From: a bacterium
GTDB lineage: Bacteria > UBA8248
Assembly (NCBI GenBank): GCA_965207065.1
Contig: OZ242260.1
Coordinates: 1,056,001 to 1,120,000, forward strand
Direction: 5' to 3'
DNA: 64,000 bases
Position numbers and translations under genes: made by a program. Under the pieces are notes generated by a model. The model was not told the DNA's origin. It made no database searches and was given only the letters and a program-made list of their open reading frames with translations. Shown in pieces: positions 46,247 through 56,179 of the stretch (its first letter is position 1; each line of letters opens with the position of its first letter).

Positions 46247-47359
46247 CTAGGCGCTCACCTCCAGGTTCACCGTTTTTTCCGTGAAGCGGAAGACGCCCAA
46301 GGCGTTCTCGCCCATGATCTTGCGGCGGCCCGGGCCGCTTAAGAACGGGAGGTCAGCGACCGCCGAGGGTTCATCGTAATCGAAATGGGGCCAGTCGCTC
46401 GCGAACAGGAAGGTGTTCTCCCCGTCGAGCAGGTCAAAGAACATCTTCAAATGCTTTCTCGGCATCTCCTCCATCGGCTGGGTGCCGAAATAGAAATCCT
46501 TGATGTATTCGCTCGGCAGCTTTCGGAGCAGCGGCGCTTCCACCCGGCGGCGCATGTATTCGGTGTCCAGGCGGTACATGAGGCCCGCCACCCAGGTGAT
46601 GCCGCTTTCCTGAAAGACGATCTTGAGGTCCGGGAAGCGCTCGGGCACCCCCTCCATCACCATGCTCACGAGCTGCACCTGGTTGCACCACGTCATGTCC
46701 AGCGCGTGGCTCTCGACGAAGGAGGGAAACTTGGCGAAGCTCGAGAGGTCGGGCCCCAGGAAGTTCGCGTGCAAGACGATGGGGAGCCCGTGGTGCTGCG
46801 CCGCCTCGTAGATGGGGTTGTACGCCTCGGCGCCCAGGGGAAGCTCCACGCTGCCGAGCATCTCCACTCCGCACACGGCCGGATTGCCCGCCACGCGGTC
46901 TATCATCTTCGCGGCGCGTTCGGGGTCGCGGCCTGCGGCCACCACCAGGGTGTAGATTCCCTCCTCTGGCGCGCAGACGCCGTCGACCATGTAGTCGATG
47001 TAGCCGTTGCAGATGTCCATCGCGTGGTTCGCGTTCCGCACGAACTCGACCATGAGCATGTAGGTGGGGATCATGACGATGGTGTCGACCCCGAAGCGCT
47101 CCATCACGACGGGGATGTCCGCGGGACTCGACATGCCGAGCATCTCGTCCTGATCGCCCTTGCCCGCCACGGCCCCCCGTACGGTGCGGCCGTGGAGCAT
47201 GACGTCGTACTGATCCCCCACCAGGGCGGGCATGTGGTACTGCCCGCTCCAGTCGGCGAATCGCTCGACGGAGGGACCCTTCAGGTACTTGGCGAATTCG
47301 CGGATTTCCTCGAGATAGTGCGCGTCGGCGTCCACGACGTGCATCCCCCGGTAGCCCAT
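46247..47359 (-). CDS. Amidohydrolase-fold protein, candidate dinuclear oxygenase subunit
   Basis: DADAH, LH, ESH, FQESG, YFGTQPME and SDWPHFDYD motifs; abuts the Rieske gene. Confidence 0.85.
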   Translation of the reverse strand: MGYRGMHVVDADAHYLEEIREFAKYLKGPSVERFADWSGQYHMPALVGDQYDVMLHGRTVRGAVAGKGDQDEMLGMSSPADIPVVMERFGVDTIVMIPTYMLMVEFVRNANHAMDICNGYIDYMVDGVCAPEEGIYTLVVAAGRDPERAAKMIDRVAGNPAVCGVEMLGSVELPLGAEAYNPIYEAAQHHGLPIVLHANFLGPDLSSFAKFPSFVESHALDMTWCNQVQLVSMVMEGVPERFPDLKIVFQESGITWVAGLMYRLDTEYMRRRVEAPLLRKLPSEYIKDFYFGTQPMEEMPRKHLKMFFDLLDGENTFLFASDWPHFDYDEPSAVADLPFLSGPGRRKIMGENALGVFRFTEKTVNLEVSA

Positions 47360-47468
47360 CGCTTTCTCCCCACAGAGTCTTCAGAAGATTTCAAAAGGCT
47401 TCGCCGGATGATAGCATTCTCCCCGTTTCCTGAACACGCAGGCGAACTTTTTCTCGTGAGGACAACCC

Positions 47469-48679
47469 ATGAACGATGAGCAAACCGCGCGCATGCCTTT
47501 GGAAGGCGTGCGGGTCGTGGACATGTCGAACTATCTGGCGGGGCCGCTCTGCACCATGTATCTCGCAGACTACGGGGCGGACGTCATCAAGATCGAAAAT
47601 CCCAGAGGCGGCGACCCCATGCGCCTTTGGGGCCACAACAAAAACGGCGTGGGCCTCTACTACAAGATGATCAACCGCAACAAGAAGAGCGTCACGCTGG
47701 ATTTAAGAACGCCTTTCGGCGTCGAAGCGGTGAAAAAACTCGTGGCCGGGGCCGATGTCGTCGTGGAGAACTACCGCACCGGCGTGCTCGAAAAATGGGG
47801 GCTGGACTACGAGAACTTAAAAGAGGTGAACCCCGCCGTCATCATGCTCTCCATCACGGGGTTCGGCAGAACGGGGCCGTACAAAAACCGCCCCGGATTC
47901 GGTTCTCTGGCCGAGGCCTTCGCGGGCTTCAGCCACATCAACGGCTACCCCGACGGCCCGCCCCTCAGTCCCTCCTGGGGGCTGGGCGATTGCTCCACAG
48001 GCATCGGCGCGGCGTTTCTGGTGATGACCGCCCTCCTCGAGCGCGAGCGAAGGGGCGGCGCGGGCCAGCAGATAGACCTGGCGATCTACGAGCAGTTGCT
48101 CACCATGTTGGGACCCCAGGTGATCTACTACGACCAGCTCGACTTCATCCAGGGCAGGAGCGGCTCACGCCTCGAGTTCGCAGTGCCCCGGAACAACTTC
48201 GAGACCAAAGACGGCCAGTGGGTGCTCATCGCGGGCTCGAACCAGTCCATCTTCGAGAACATCTGCAAGGGCCTGGAGCGCGAGGATTTGATAGCCGACC
48301 CCAGGTTCGCCGACAACCGCGAGCGCATGAAGAACGCCGACGCCATCGAGGACGAACTCCAGAAGACCCTGAAAACCCTGACGCTTGATGAGGTGATGGA
48401 ACGCTTGACCGAGTTCGATGGCGCGGCCACCCCCATCAACAGCGTGAAGATGGTGATGGAGAACGAACAGGTGGTTGCGCGTGGGAACATCACCGAGGTG
48501 GAAGACGCGGAACTCGGCGGCCCGGTGCGGATGCAGGAGGCCTCGGCAAGCTGTCGCGCACGCCGGGCAAGGTGCGCCACGCGGGCGAGCCGTTAGGGAG
48601 GAGCAACCGCGAGGTTCTCGTGGATCGTCTCCGCTACACGGAAGAAAAACTAAAAAGCGAGGGAATCGACCTGGGGTGA
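47469..48679 (+). pseudogene. CaiB/BaiF CoA-transferase with a 1-nt frameshift near the 3' end (or a sequencing error)
   Basis: GADVIKIE, NRNKKSVTLD and ENYRTG motifs; after MQE (about 48540) the expected tail LGKLSRTPGKVRHAG... continues in another frame to TGA at 48677-48679. Confidence 0.7.
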
Positions 48680-48755
48680 TGGCGGGTCAATCGCGACCGG
48701 GAAGGGAGGGTTCGGAGGGAATCATGCTTCACTCGCCCTCACTCGGTTTGAAAAC

Positions 48756-48934
48756 CAACCCCCCCTACCCCCCCTTGTCAGGGGGGTATAAAAAAGGCGA
48801 TGCGCCCCCGCCGGGCAGAGGGGGTTTTGCTTTTTCTTGCCCCCCTGACAAGGGGGGGTAGGGGGGGTTGCCTTTACGGGGTTTCCCTCTCAAAGGGGTT
48901 GCCTTTACCCACACAAGAACTTTTTCAACAGCCC
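48756..48934. mobile_element. Partial MITE-like element, inverted relative to 20647-20827
   Basis: Inverted C/G-run pair at 48756-48786 and 48840-48870, similar spacer, end TTTTTCAACAGCCC. Confidence 0.78.
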
Positions 48935-48994
48935 CATATGCGGCCCCTGCACACCCCTTGAATGACGCCCCTGCAAAACCCTCGTCCTGCCTGA

Positions 48995-49987
48995 CTAGAA
49001 CCGCACAGCCAGTTCATCCACCGCCTGGGTCGTGCGGGCGTCCTCATCCACCAGGAGCCACTCGGGCGTAGGCGTCTTCTTGAAGCTCTTGCCCGCCTTG
49101 AGAACCGTGCCGTACAGGGGCGCTTCCATGGCGTCGGACAGTTTTTCCGCGAGACGGATAAGCGCATCCACGTCCACTCCCGTTTCCACCTCCATCAGCC
49201 AGAGCATGTGGGCCAGATCCTCGGTGGATATGTTGCCGGAAGCGTTCGGCGCGAAGGGGCACCCGCCGATTCCGCCGAGAGAGCCGTCCAGCACTGTGGC
49301 TCCCGCCTGCATTGAGGCCAGTGCGTTGGCGAGGCCCATGCCGCGCGTGTTGTGCAGGTGGACGACTAGGCCCTTCTCCGGCCAGCGAGCTTTCAGTTCG
49401 CTCACCATGCGGCCCATCCGCGCGGGGTCGCCCATGCCCATCGAATCGCACAGGAAAAACTCGTCCACGCCCAGCCCGACGTATTTCTCGGCGATGTCGT
49501 AGACCACCTCTTCCGCCACGCGACCGGTGTAGGGACAACCCGTCGAGAGACTGATGGCCCCGCTGAAAGGGATGCCCGCGCCTTTCACGATTTTAGAGAT
49601 TTTGGCCATCTCATCCAGGCTCTGCTTCACGGAGCGGTTCACGTTCGCGCGATTGTGCACGTCCGTGATGGAGATGACCTGCTGCACCCCGTCGCTCCCG
49701 GCGTCCACCGCCCGGCGCGCGCCGCGCTCGTTGGCGACCAGGCACTCGTAGGTGACGCCCGGCTTTCTCTTGATGCGGCGCATCACTTCGTCCGCGTCCG
49801 CCGTGGCGGGAACCGCCTTTGGGTTCATGAAGCTCGTGGCCTCGATGCGGCGGATGCCTGCGTCCGCCAGACCCTCGATAATCTCGATTTTGAGTTCCGT
49901 GGGCAGCACCTGCTTCAGGTTCTGGATGCCGTCGCGCATGACGACATCGCGCACGAGAACGCTCGTGGGAAGTTCGGGGTTCGACAT
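48995..49987 (-). CDS. Hydroxymethylglutaryl-CoA lyase family protein
   Basis: RDGIQN, HLHNTRG and GGIGGCPFAPNASGNISTED motifs. Confidence 0.9.
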   Translation of the reverse strand: MSNPELPTSVLVRDVVMRDGIQNLKQVLPTELKIEIIEGLADAGIRRIEATSFMNPKAVPATADADEVMRRIKRKPGVTYECLVANERGARRAVDAGSDGVQQVISITDVHNRANVNRSVKQSLDEMAKISKIVKGAGIPFSGAISLSTGCPYTGRVAEEVVYDIAEKYVGLGVDEFFLCDSMGMGDPARMGRMVSELKARWPEKGLVVHLHNTRGMGLANALASMQAGATVLDGSLGGIGGCPFAPNASGNISTEDLAHMLWLMEVETGVDVDALIRLAEKLSDAMEAPLYGTVLKAGKSFKKTPTPEWLLVDEDARTTQAVDELAVRF

Positions 49988-50012
49988 GGAAGGTATCCTC
50001 CAGCCGGGGGCG

Positions 50013-50942
50013 CTATTCGGCCAGACGCTTCATTCTCGGGTCGAGCACGTCGCGCAGCCAGTCGCCCAGAAGGTTCACGCTCAGGACCGTGAGCATGAGG
50101 ATGAGGCCCGGGAAGAGCGCTATCCACCAGGCCGTATCGAGGAAGCTCCTGCCGTCGGCGAGCATTCCGCCCCACGTCGGCGTGGGAGGCGGCACGCCCA
50201 GCCCCAGGAAGGAGAGTGCGGATTCGATGATAATCATCCGGCCCAGGTACAGGGTGGCGATGACGATGGTCGTGGAAGCCACGTTCGGGAAGAGGTAGAT
50301 GAACAGGATCCGTATTGTGCCGCAGCCGGTCGCCTTCGCGCCGGTAACAAACTCGTTCTCCTTGATGGAGAGAACCTCCGCGCGCACCACCCGCGCGTAG
50401 ACGAGCCAGGTCCTGAGCGCAATGACCAGGACAATGTTCTGCAGGCTCGGCCCCAGTATCGCCACCAGGCTGATGGCCAGGAGGATGAAGGGAATGGCCA
50501 GGGCCGTATCGATGATGCGGCTGATGACGGTATCCACCCAGCCGCCGAAATAGCCCGCGAAGATGCCGACCGTGATGCCGATGAGTCCGCTCACGATGAC
50601 GGCGGCGATGCCGACGATGAGCGATATGCGCGAGCCCCAGATGATGCGGCTTAAGATATCGCGCCCCTGCTGGTCAGTGCCGAGCCAGTAGACGTCTCCC
50701 GCCTTGTCGACGTAGCCGGGCGCCTTGAGATAGCGCCCCAGGTCCTGCGAAAGCGGGTCCAGCGGGGAGAACAAATCCGGTACGAGGGCGAAGATGATGA
50801 CGAGAGAGACGAAAAACGCGCCGAAGATCGCCGGCGGCCTGCGCTTGAGTTCCTGAATGGCCATCTGAAAATCGCTCGGCCCGCGCTCCATGTCCTCATC
50901 GATTTCGATGTCGAGCGTCGCCGCCCTGTCGTCGACAACCAT
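50013..50942 (-). CDS. Dpp/Opp ABC permease, DppC-like
   Basis: LGTDQQGRDILSR and ESALSFLGLG..PPTPTWG motifs. Confidence 0.92.
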   Translation of the reverse strand: MVVDDRAATLDIEIDEDMERGPSDFQMAIQELKRRPPAIFGAFFVSLVIIFALVPDLFSPLDPLSQDLGRYLKAPGYVDKAGDVYWLGTDQQGRDILSRIIWGSRISLIVGIAAVIVSGLIGITVGIFAGYFGGWVDTVISRIIDTALAIPFILLAISLVAILGPSLQNIVLVIALRTWLVYARVVRAEVLSIKENEFVTGAKATGCGTIRILFIYLFPNVASTTIVIATLYLGRMIIIESALSFLGLGVPPPTPTWGGMLADGRSFLDTAWWIALFPGLILMLTVLSVNLLGDWLRDVLDPRMKRLAE

Positions 50943-50958
50943 CGCGTGTCCTTACCCC

Positions 50959-51978
50959 TTAGCTATAGGAAATCCTCGGGTCGAGCCATGCGTACAAGAT
51001 GTCGACCACGAGATTCACGAAAACGAAAACGAACGCCAGCAACGCTACCGCCGCCTGGACGATGGGGTAGTCCTGGTTGTTGATGGCGTCCACCACCAGA
51101 AAACCCACGCCCGGCCACGCGAAGACGGCTTCGGTCACCACCGTGCCGCCGAGCAGAATGCCCAGTTCGAAGCCCACCAGTGTGACGACGGGAATCGACG
51201 CGTTCTTGAGCGCGTGGCGCACCACCACGAGCCACTCCACGATTCCCTTCGAGCGCGCCGTACGCACGTAGTCCATGCCCAGCACGTCGAGCATCTGGGA
51301 GCGCACCAGACGCGTAATGCGCGCGGTGGCGTAAAGACCCGCCGTGATCGACGGCAGGATGATGTAATACCAGGCATCGTAACCCGACGTGGGCAGCCAG
51401 CCCAGATAAACGGCGAAGACGATGATAAGCACAAGACCGAGCCAGAAGTTCGGCATCGACTGGCCGAACATCGCACCGACCGAGCTGGTGTAGTCGATCC
51501 ACGTGTTGCGGAAAGTCGCCGACAAGACCCCGGCGGGTATGGAGATCACCACGGCGATCAGGACCGCCACAAGAGCTAAGAGAACCGTGTTCGGGAAATG
51601 CTCGAGCACGAGGCCCATCGCCGGTATCTCGTGGCGGTAGGAGAATCCGAAATCACCTCGAATCACGCCCTTGGTCCTGACGATCTTGGGCGCGTCGGGG
51701 TCGCGCTCGAGTTCATCGATTTTCTCTTTCTCTCTTTCGGAGCCGAGCAGATTATCCACCAGGTCCGAGCCCAGGATGAACTTGGCGAACTGGATCGGTA
51801 TGGGCTGATCGAAGCCCATCTCCTTGCTGAAGGCCTGGATGTCCTCATCCGTGGAATCGAGCGGCATGAGGACCGCTGCGGGGTTCCCGGTGATCTGGAG
51901 CATCGAGAAAACGATGATCAGTATCGCCCCGAACACGATGAAACTTTGCAGGCAGCGCCTGATGATATATGTGCGCAT
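50959..51978 (-). CDS. Dpp/Opp ABC permease, DppB-like
   Basis: GDFGFSY, DYVRTARSKG, HALKNA and EAVFAWPG motifs. Confidence 0.92.
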   Translation of the reverse strand: MRTYIIRRCLQSFIVFGAILIIVFSMLQITGNPAAVLMPLDSTDEDIQAFSKEMGFDQPIPIQFAKFILGSDLVDNLLGSEREKEKIDELERDPDAPKIVRTKGVIRGDFGFSYRHEIPAMGLVLEHFPNTVLLALVAVLIAVVISIPAGVLSATFRNTWIDYTSSVGAMFGQSMPNFWLGLVLIIVFAVYLGWLPTSGYDAWYYIILPSITAGLYATARITRLVRSQMLDVLGMDYVRTARSKGIVEWLVVVRHALKNASIPVVTLVGFELGILLGGTVVTEAVFAWPGVGFLVVDAINNQDYPIVQAAVALLAFVFVFVNLVVDILYAWLDPRISYS

Positions 51979-52232
51979 GATGAAACCCTTGCCGATAAAC
52001 GATAAACAAATACAACGCCTTTATGTGAATCTCCATTTATCTCTTTCTTTCCCCGGCTCGTCAAGAGCCGTCATGCTTGCGCAAAACACAAATCCTTCCA
52101 ATTCTCGATACACCGTGCGGCTCTCCGCTTCATGGACAACGCGCGCTTCCGTTCTGTAGGATGCGGAAATTGCGATGCGCGTCCCCCCATACATGCGCGA
52201 TTCTTAGCTTCCATCACCGAAAGGAGACGTCC

Positions 52233-53216
52233 ATGAAACTCGCCACCTACCAGAACCTCTCGCCTGGCGCCACCGGAGACCGCTTGGGCGCCGTCCTGAA
52301 TGACGGGAGGATGCTCGACCTGCGGCTCGCCTATGCGAGCTATCTCGTGGAAAAAGAGGGGGAAGGACGTCCCTACGCCATGGCGAACGCGCGGATTCCC
52401 CGGGATATGCGTGATTTTCTCTGCGGCGGAGAACCGGCCATGGCGGCGGCGGGCGCGGCGCTCGGCCACGCTGAGGCGATGATCGCCGCCGGCGGAGAGC
52501 CTGCGGGGCCGGATGGCGAACTCGCCGCCCTGAAGGACAGGCACGTTCGCTTGAGGGCGCCGATCCCCCATCCCGGCAAGTTCTTCCACACCGGACTCAA
52601 CTCGAACAAGCATGTCGCGAACACGGGCCATTCGGTTCCCGAAAACGTGCCGGGCGCGCCGCGCTTCGACACTTCGCTCGTCGGCCACGAGGAGCCCGTA
52701 CTCTATCCCAAGCAGACAAAGATGCTGGATTATGAGGTGGAAGTCGGCTTCATCATCGGCAAACACTGCAAGGACGTGAAGCCCGAAAACGCCTTCGACG
52801 TCATTATGGGCTACACGGTATACAACGACATCACGGCGCGCGAGGTGCAGCGCTCCGCCGCTCTGGGCGGCGTGTTCCTTGGCAAGAACTTCGACACCAC
52901 TAATCCCATCGGCCCCTACATCGTCACCGCCGACGAGGTGCCGAACCCCGAATCGCTCCACGTGCAGTGCCGGGTGAACGGCAAGACGCGCCAGGATGAG
53001 CTGCTGACTGACATGATCTTCAAGATACCCGAGCTCATCGCCTTCTACAGCCAGATGTCGCTGGAGCCGGGAGACATCATCTCATCGGGCACGTTCTGCG
53101 GCGTGGCCCTGGAGCAGGAAGACCCGGAACCCTTCCTCCTCAAGCCGGGAGACGTTGTGGAATGCGAGGTCGAGCACGTGGGGGTGTTGAGAAACCCCAT
53201 CGTCGCCCAGGACTAG
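52233..53216 (+). CDS. Fumarylacetoacetate hydrolase family protein
   Basis: DYEVE, NDITAR, GKNFD and LEPGDIISSGT motifs; AAGGAG RBS before ATG 52233. Confidence 0.9.
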   Translation: MKLATYQNLSPGATGDRLGAVLNDGRMLDLRLAYASYLVEKEGEGRPYAMANARIPRDMRDFLCGGEPAMAAAGAALGHAEAMIAAGGEPAGPDGELAALKDRHVRLRAPIPHPGKFFHTGLNSNKHVANTGHSVPENVPGAPRFDTSLVGHEEPVLYPKQTKMLDYEVEVGFIIGKHCKDVKPENAFDVIMGYTVYNDITAREVQRSAALGGVFLGKNFDTTNPIGPYIVTADEVPNPESLHVQCRVNGKTRQDELLTDMIFKIPELIAFYSQMSLEPGDIISSGTFCGVALEQEDPEPFLLKPGDVVECEVEHVGVLRNPIVAQD

Positions 53217-53217
53217 A

Positions 53218-54201
53218 TCAGACGGAGACGCCCAGGGTTTTACGCACCGCCGCGATGACTTTCTCCGTGCTGGGGAGCACGAATTTCTCGAGTTTCGTCT
53301 GAACGGGAATCGGCGCCATGAGCGCGGCCACGCGGCCGATGGGCGCGTCGAGGTACTCGAAGACCGCCTCCTGTATGGCGGCTGAAATCTCGGCCCCCAC
53401 GCCGCTCCTCAGGTGACCTTCTTCAACGATGACGCAGCGGCTCGTCTTGCGCACGGAGGCCGTGATGGTCTCCACGTCCAGGGGCGTGAGCGAGCGCGGG
53501 TCGATGACCTCGCACTCGATTCCCTCTCCCGCCAGAGCCTCCGCCGCCTCCAGGCAATGGCCCATCTGATAGCCGATTCCCACAATGGTGGCGTCCGCTC
53601 CCGCTCGCTTCAATTCGGCCACGCCGATGGGGGTGGTGTGATCGCCCTCGGGAACGTCTTGTTTCGTCTTTTGCGCGTAGAGCAGCCTGTGTTCGATGAA
53701 CATGACCGGGTTGTCGTCCCGGACGGCGGCCTTGAGCAGTCCCTTGGCGTCGGTAGGACAGCTTGGGTAGAGGACCTTCAGGCCCGGCACCTGCATGAAC
53801 CACGCTTCGAGCGACTGCCCGTGCGTCGCGCCGTACTGAAGACCCGCGCCGCTGGGTATCCGCGCCACCATGGGCACCGAGAGCTGTCCCCCGAGCATGT
53901 AGCGCAGCTTCGCCGCCTGGTTCACGATGGGGTCGAGCGCGTAGGTCGCGAAATCCATGAATCGCAAATCCACGATGGGGCGAAAGCCCGCCATCGCCGC
54001 GCCCACGCCTGCGCCCGTGAAGCCGAGTTCGCAGATGGGCGTATCGCGCACCCGGTCGCGGCCGAAGCGATCGGCCAGCCCCGAGCACACGCCGAAATAA
54101 TCGAACGCCACGTCCTCGCCCATGAGGAACACCTTCTCATCGCGCGCCATTTCTTCATGGAGCGCCTCGTTCAGGGCTTCGACGTATGTGAGTTCAGGCA
54201 T
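53218..54201 (-). CDS. 2-oxoacid/acetoin dehydrogenase E1 beta subunit, copy 2
   Basis: MGEDV, DTPICE, NQAAK, THGQSLE and DAKGLLK motifs. Confidence 0.92.
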   Translation of the reverse strand: MPELTYVEALNEALHEEMARDEKVFLMGEDVAFDYFGVCSGLADRFGRDRVRDTPICELGFTGAGVGAAMAGFRPIVDLRFMDFATYALDPIVNQAAKLRYMLGGQLSVPMVARIPSGAGLQYGATHGQSLEAWFMQVPGLKVLYPSCPTDAKGLLKAAVRDDNPVMFIEHRLLYAQKTKQDVPEGDHTTPIGVAELKRAGADATIVGIGYQMGHCLEAAEALAGEGIECEVIDPRSLTPLDVETITASVRKTSRCVIVEEGHLRSGVGAEISAAIQEAVFEYLDAPIGRVAALMAPIPVQTKLEKFVLPSTEKVIAAVRKTLGVSV

Positions 54202-54212
54202 CCCGGGTATCC

Positions 54213-55181
54213 TCAGGCGAAGATGTCCTCGAGCGCCACGCTTTCTTCGGGCTCGGGACTGCTCTCCGCAAACTCGATTGCCTCTTTAATCTCCGCTTCC
54301 ACCGCGTCGGCATGCGCCTTCTTCTGCTTCGCTGTCATCTTGAGCATCTTCTCGCACACGATGAGGGGGTCTCTCCCTTTCCAGCCCTCCCATTCCTCTT
54401 TCGTCCGGTACATGCCGTAGTGCGGATCGCCGCGCGAGTGGCCGAAAAACCGGTAGGTCTTCCCCTCGATGAGGCTCGGCCCCAGACCACGCCGCGCGTG
54501 GGCTACGGCCTCGCGGCTCGCCTCGTAGACCGCCGCCACGTCCATGCCGTCCACCGTCAGGCCGGGAGCGTCGTAGCCCTTCGAGCGCACGCTGATGTCC
54601 TCCACCGATGTGGAATACTCCGCCGGCACGCTGACGGCGTACTGGTTGTTCTCGCAGAAAAAGACCACAGGCAGCTTCCAGATGGCGCACAGGTTCATCG
54701 CCTCGTGAAACGCTCCGTTGTTCGAAGCCCCGTCACCGAAAAAGACCACCGCCACCTGGCCTTTCCCTTCGAGTTGATACGCGAGGCCGATGCCCGCCGC
54801 CATCGGCATGTTCGCCCCCACGATGGAATGCGCCCCGTAGTGGCCCTTCGATACGTCGGCAATGTGCATCGAGCCGCCCTTGGAGCGGCAAAGGCCGGTC
54901 ACCTTGCCCATGAGTTCGGCCAGCATCTCGGGCAGGCGCGTTCCCTTGGCGATGGAGTGTCCATGCCCCCGGTGGGTGGTGAGCACGGCGTCGTCCTCCC
55001 GCAAGGCCGCGCATACGCCTGCGGAGCACGCCTCCTGCCCGATGCTCACATGCACGCCGCCCACGACCTTGCCCGCCATGTAGAGGTCGTCCGCCGTCTC
55101 TTCGAAGCGGCGGATCCGGAGCATGGTGCGATACATTTCGCCCAGGCGTTTTCGCGATAACCTGGAAGTCGACCTGGCCAA
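54213..55181 (-). CDS. ThDP-dependent E1 alpha subunit, copy 2
   Basis: THRGHGH, GGSMH, GDGA...ENN ThDP motif, TYRFFGHS. Confidence 0.92.
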   Translation of the reverse strand: MARSTSRLSRKRLGEMYRTMLRIRRFEETADDLYMAGKVVGGVHVSIGQEACSAGVCAALREDDAVLTTHRGHGHSIAKGTRLPEMLAELMGKVTGLCRSKGGSMHIADVSKGHYGAHSIVGANMPMAAGIGLAYQLEGKGQVAVVFFGDGASNNGAFHEAMNLCAIWKLPVVFFCENNQYAVSVPAEYSTSVEDISVRSKGYDAPGLTVDGMDVAAVYEASREAVAHARRGLGPSLIEGKTYRFFGHSRGDPHYGMYRTKEEWEGWKGRDPLIVCEKMLKMTAKQKKAHADAVEAEIKEAIEFAESSPEPEESVALEDIFA

Positions 55182-55192
55182 GTAGGATTCCT

Positions 55193-56179
55193 CTATGAAA
55201 GGACTTTTTTCGCCGCGGCCACGATCTTCTCCGTGCTGGGCAGGACGATGGCTTCGAGTTTTGTGTGAACGGGAACGGGAACGTCGAGGGCCGCCACGCG
55301 GTTAATGGGAGTCTTGAGCGCGCCAAAGGCCGCCTCCTGCAACGAGGCCGCGATCTCGGCGCCCACGCCGCCGCTTTTGTGCCCTTCTTCGGCTACGACA
55401 CAACGGCCCGTTTTTCGCACCGATTCCGCAATCCCCTCAACATCCAGGGGATTGATGGTCCTGGGGTCCACCACCTCGGCGTCGACCCCCTCGCCCGCAA
55501 GCAACTCCGCGGCTTCCAGGCAACTGCGCGCCTGGCTTCCGATGCCGATCAAGGTGATGTCACTACCTTCTCTTTTGACCGCCGCTTTGCCGATGGGCTC
55601 GGTATGGTCACCCTCCGGCACAGGGCCTTCCAGAGAGTAGAGCGCACGATACTCCACGAAGAGCACCGGGTTGTCCTCCCGGATCGCTGATTTCAATAGC
55701 CCTTTCGCGTCGGCGGGGTCGCTCGGCACGATAACGCGCAGGCCCGGCACCTGGATGAACCAGGCTTCGAGACACTGGCTGTGCGTCGGGCCGTTCTGGG
55801 AACCGCCGCCCTCTGGCGCCCGGATGACCAGCGGGATGCTCACCTGCCCGCCGAGCATATAGCGCAGCTTGGCCGCCTGGTTCGCGATGGGATCGATTGC
55901 CAGCATCATGAAATCGATGCGCCGCATATCGAGCACGGGCCGATAGCCCGCCATCGCGGCGCCTACGGCCGCTCCGGTGAAGCCAAGTTCGCTGATGGGC
56001 GTGTTGCGAACCCGCTCGTGGCCGAACCTGTCGCCCAGACCCGCCGTGGCGGGCGAAATGGCGGAGAGCGCGACGTCTTCCCCCATCAGGAACACTTTTT
56101 CGTCGCGCGCCATCTCCTCATGGAGCGCCTCGTTGATCGCTGTCGAATATGAAATGGTGCGCGTCTTCACATCAGGCAT
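55193..56179 (-). CDS. E1 beta subunit, copy 1
   Basis: NTPISE and THSQCLE motifs; ATG 56179 overlaps the alpha stop. Confidence 0.9.
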   Translation of the reverse strand: MPDVKTRTISYSTAINEALHEEMARDEKVFLMGEDVALSAISPATAGLGDRFGHERVRNTPISELGFTGAAVGAAMAGYRPVLDMRRIDFMMLAIDPIANQAAKLRYMLGGQVSIPLVIRAPEGGGSQNGPTHSQCLEAWFIQVPGLRVIVPSDPADAKGLLKSAIREDNPVLFVEYRALYSLEGPVPEGDHTEPIGKAAVKREGSDITLIGIGSQARSCLEAAELLAGEGVDAEVVDPRTINPLDVEGIAESVRKTGRCVVAEEGHKSGGVGAEIAASLQEAAFGALKTPINRVAALDVPVPVHTKLEAIVLPSTEKIVAAAKKVLS

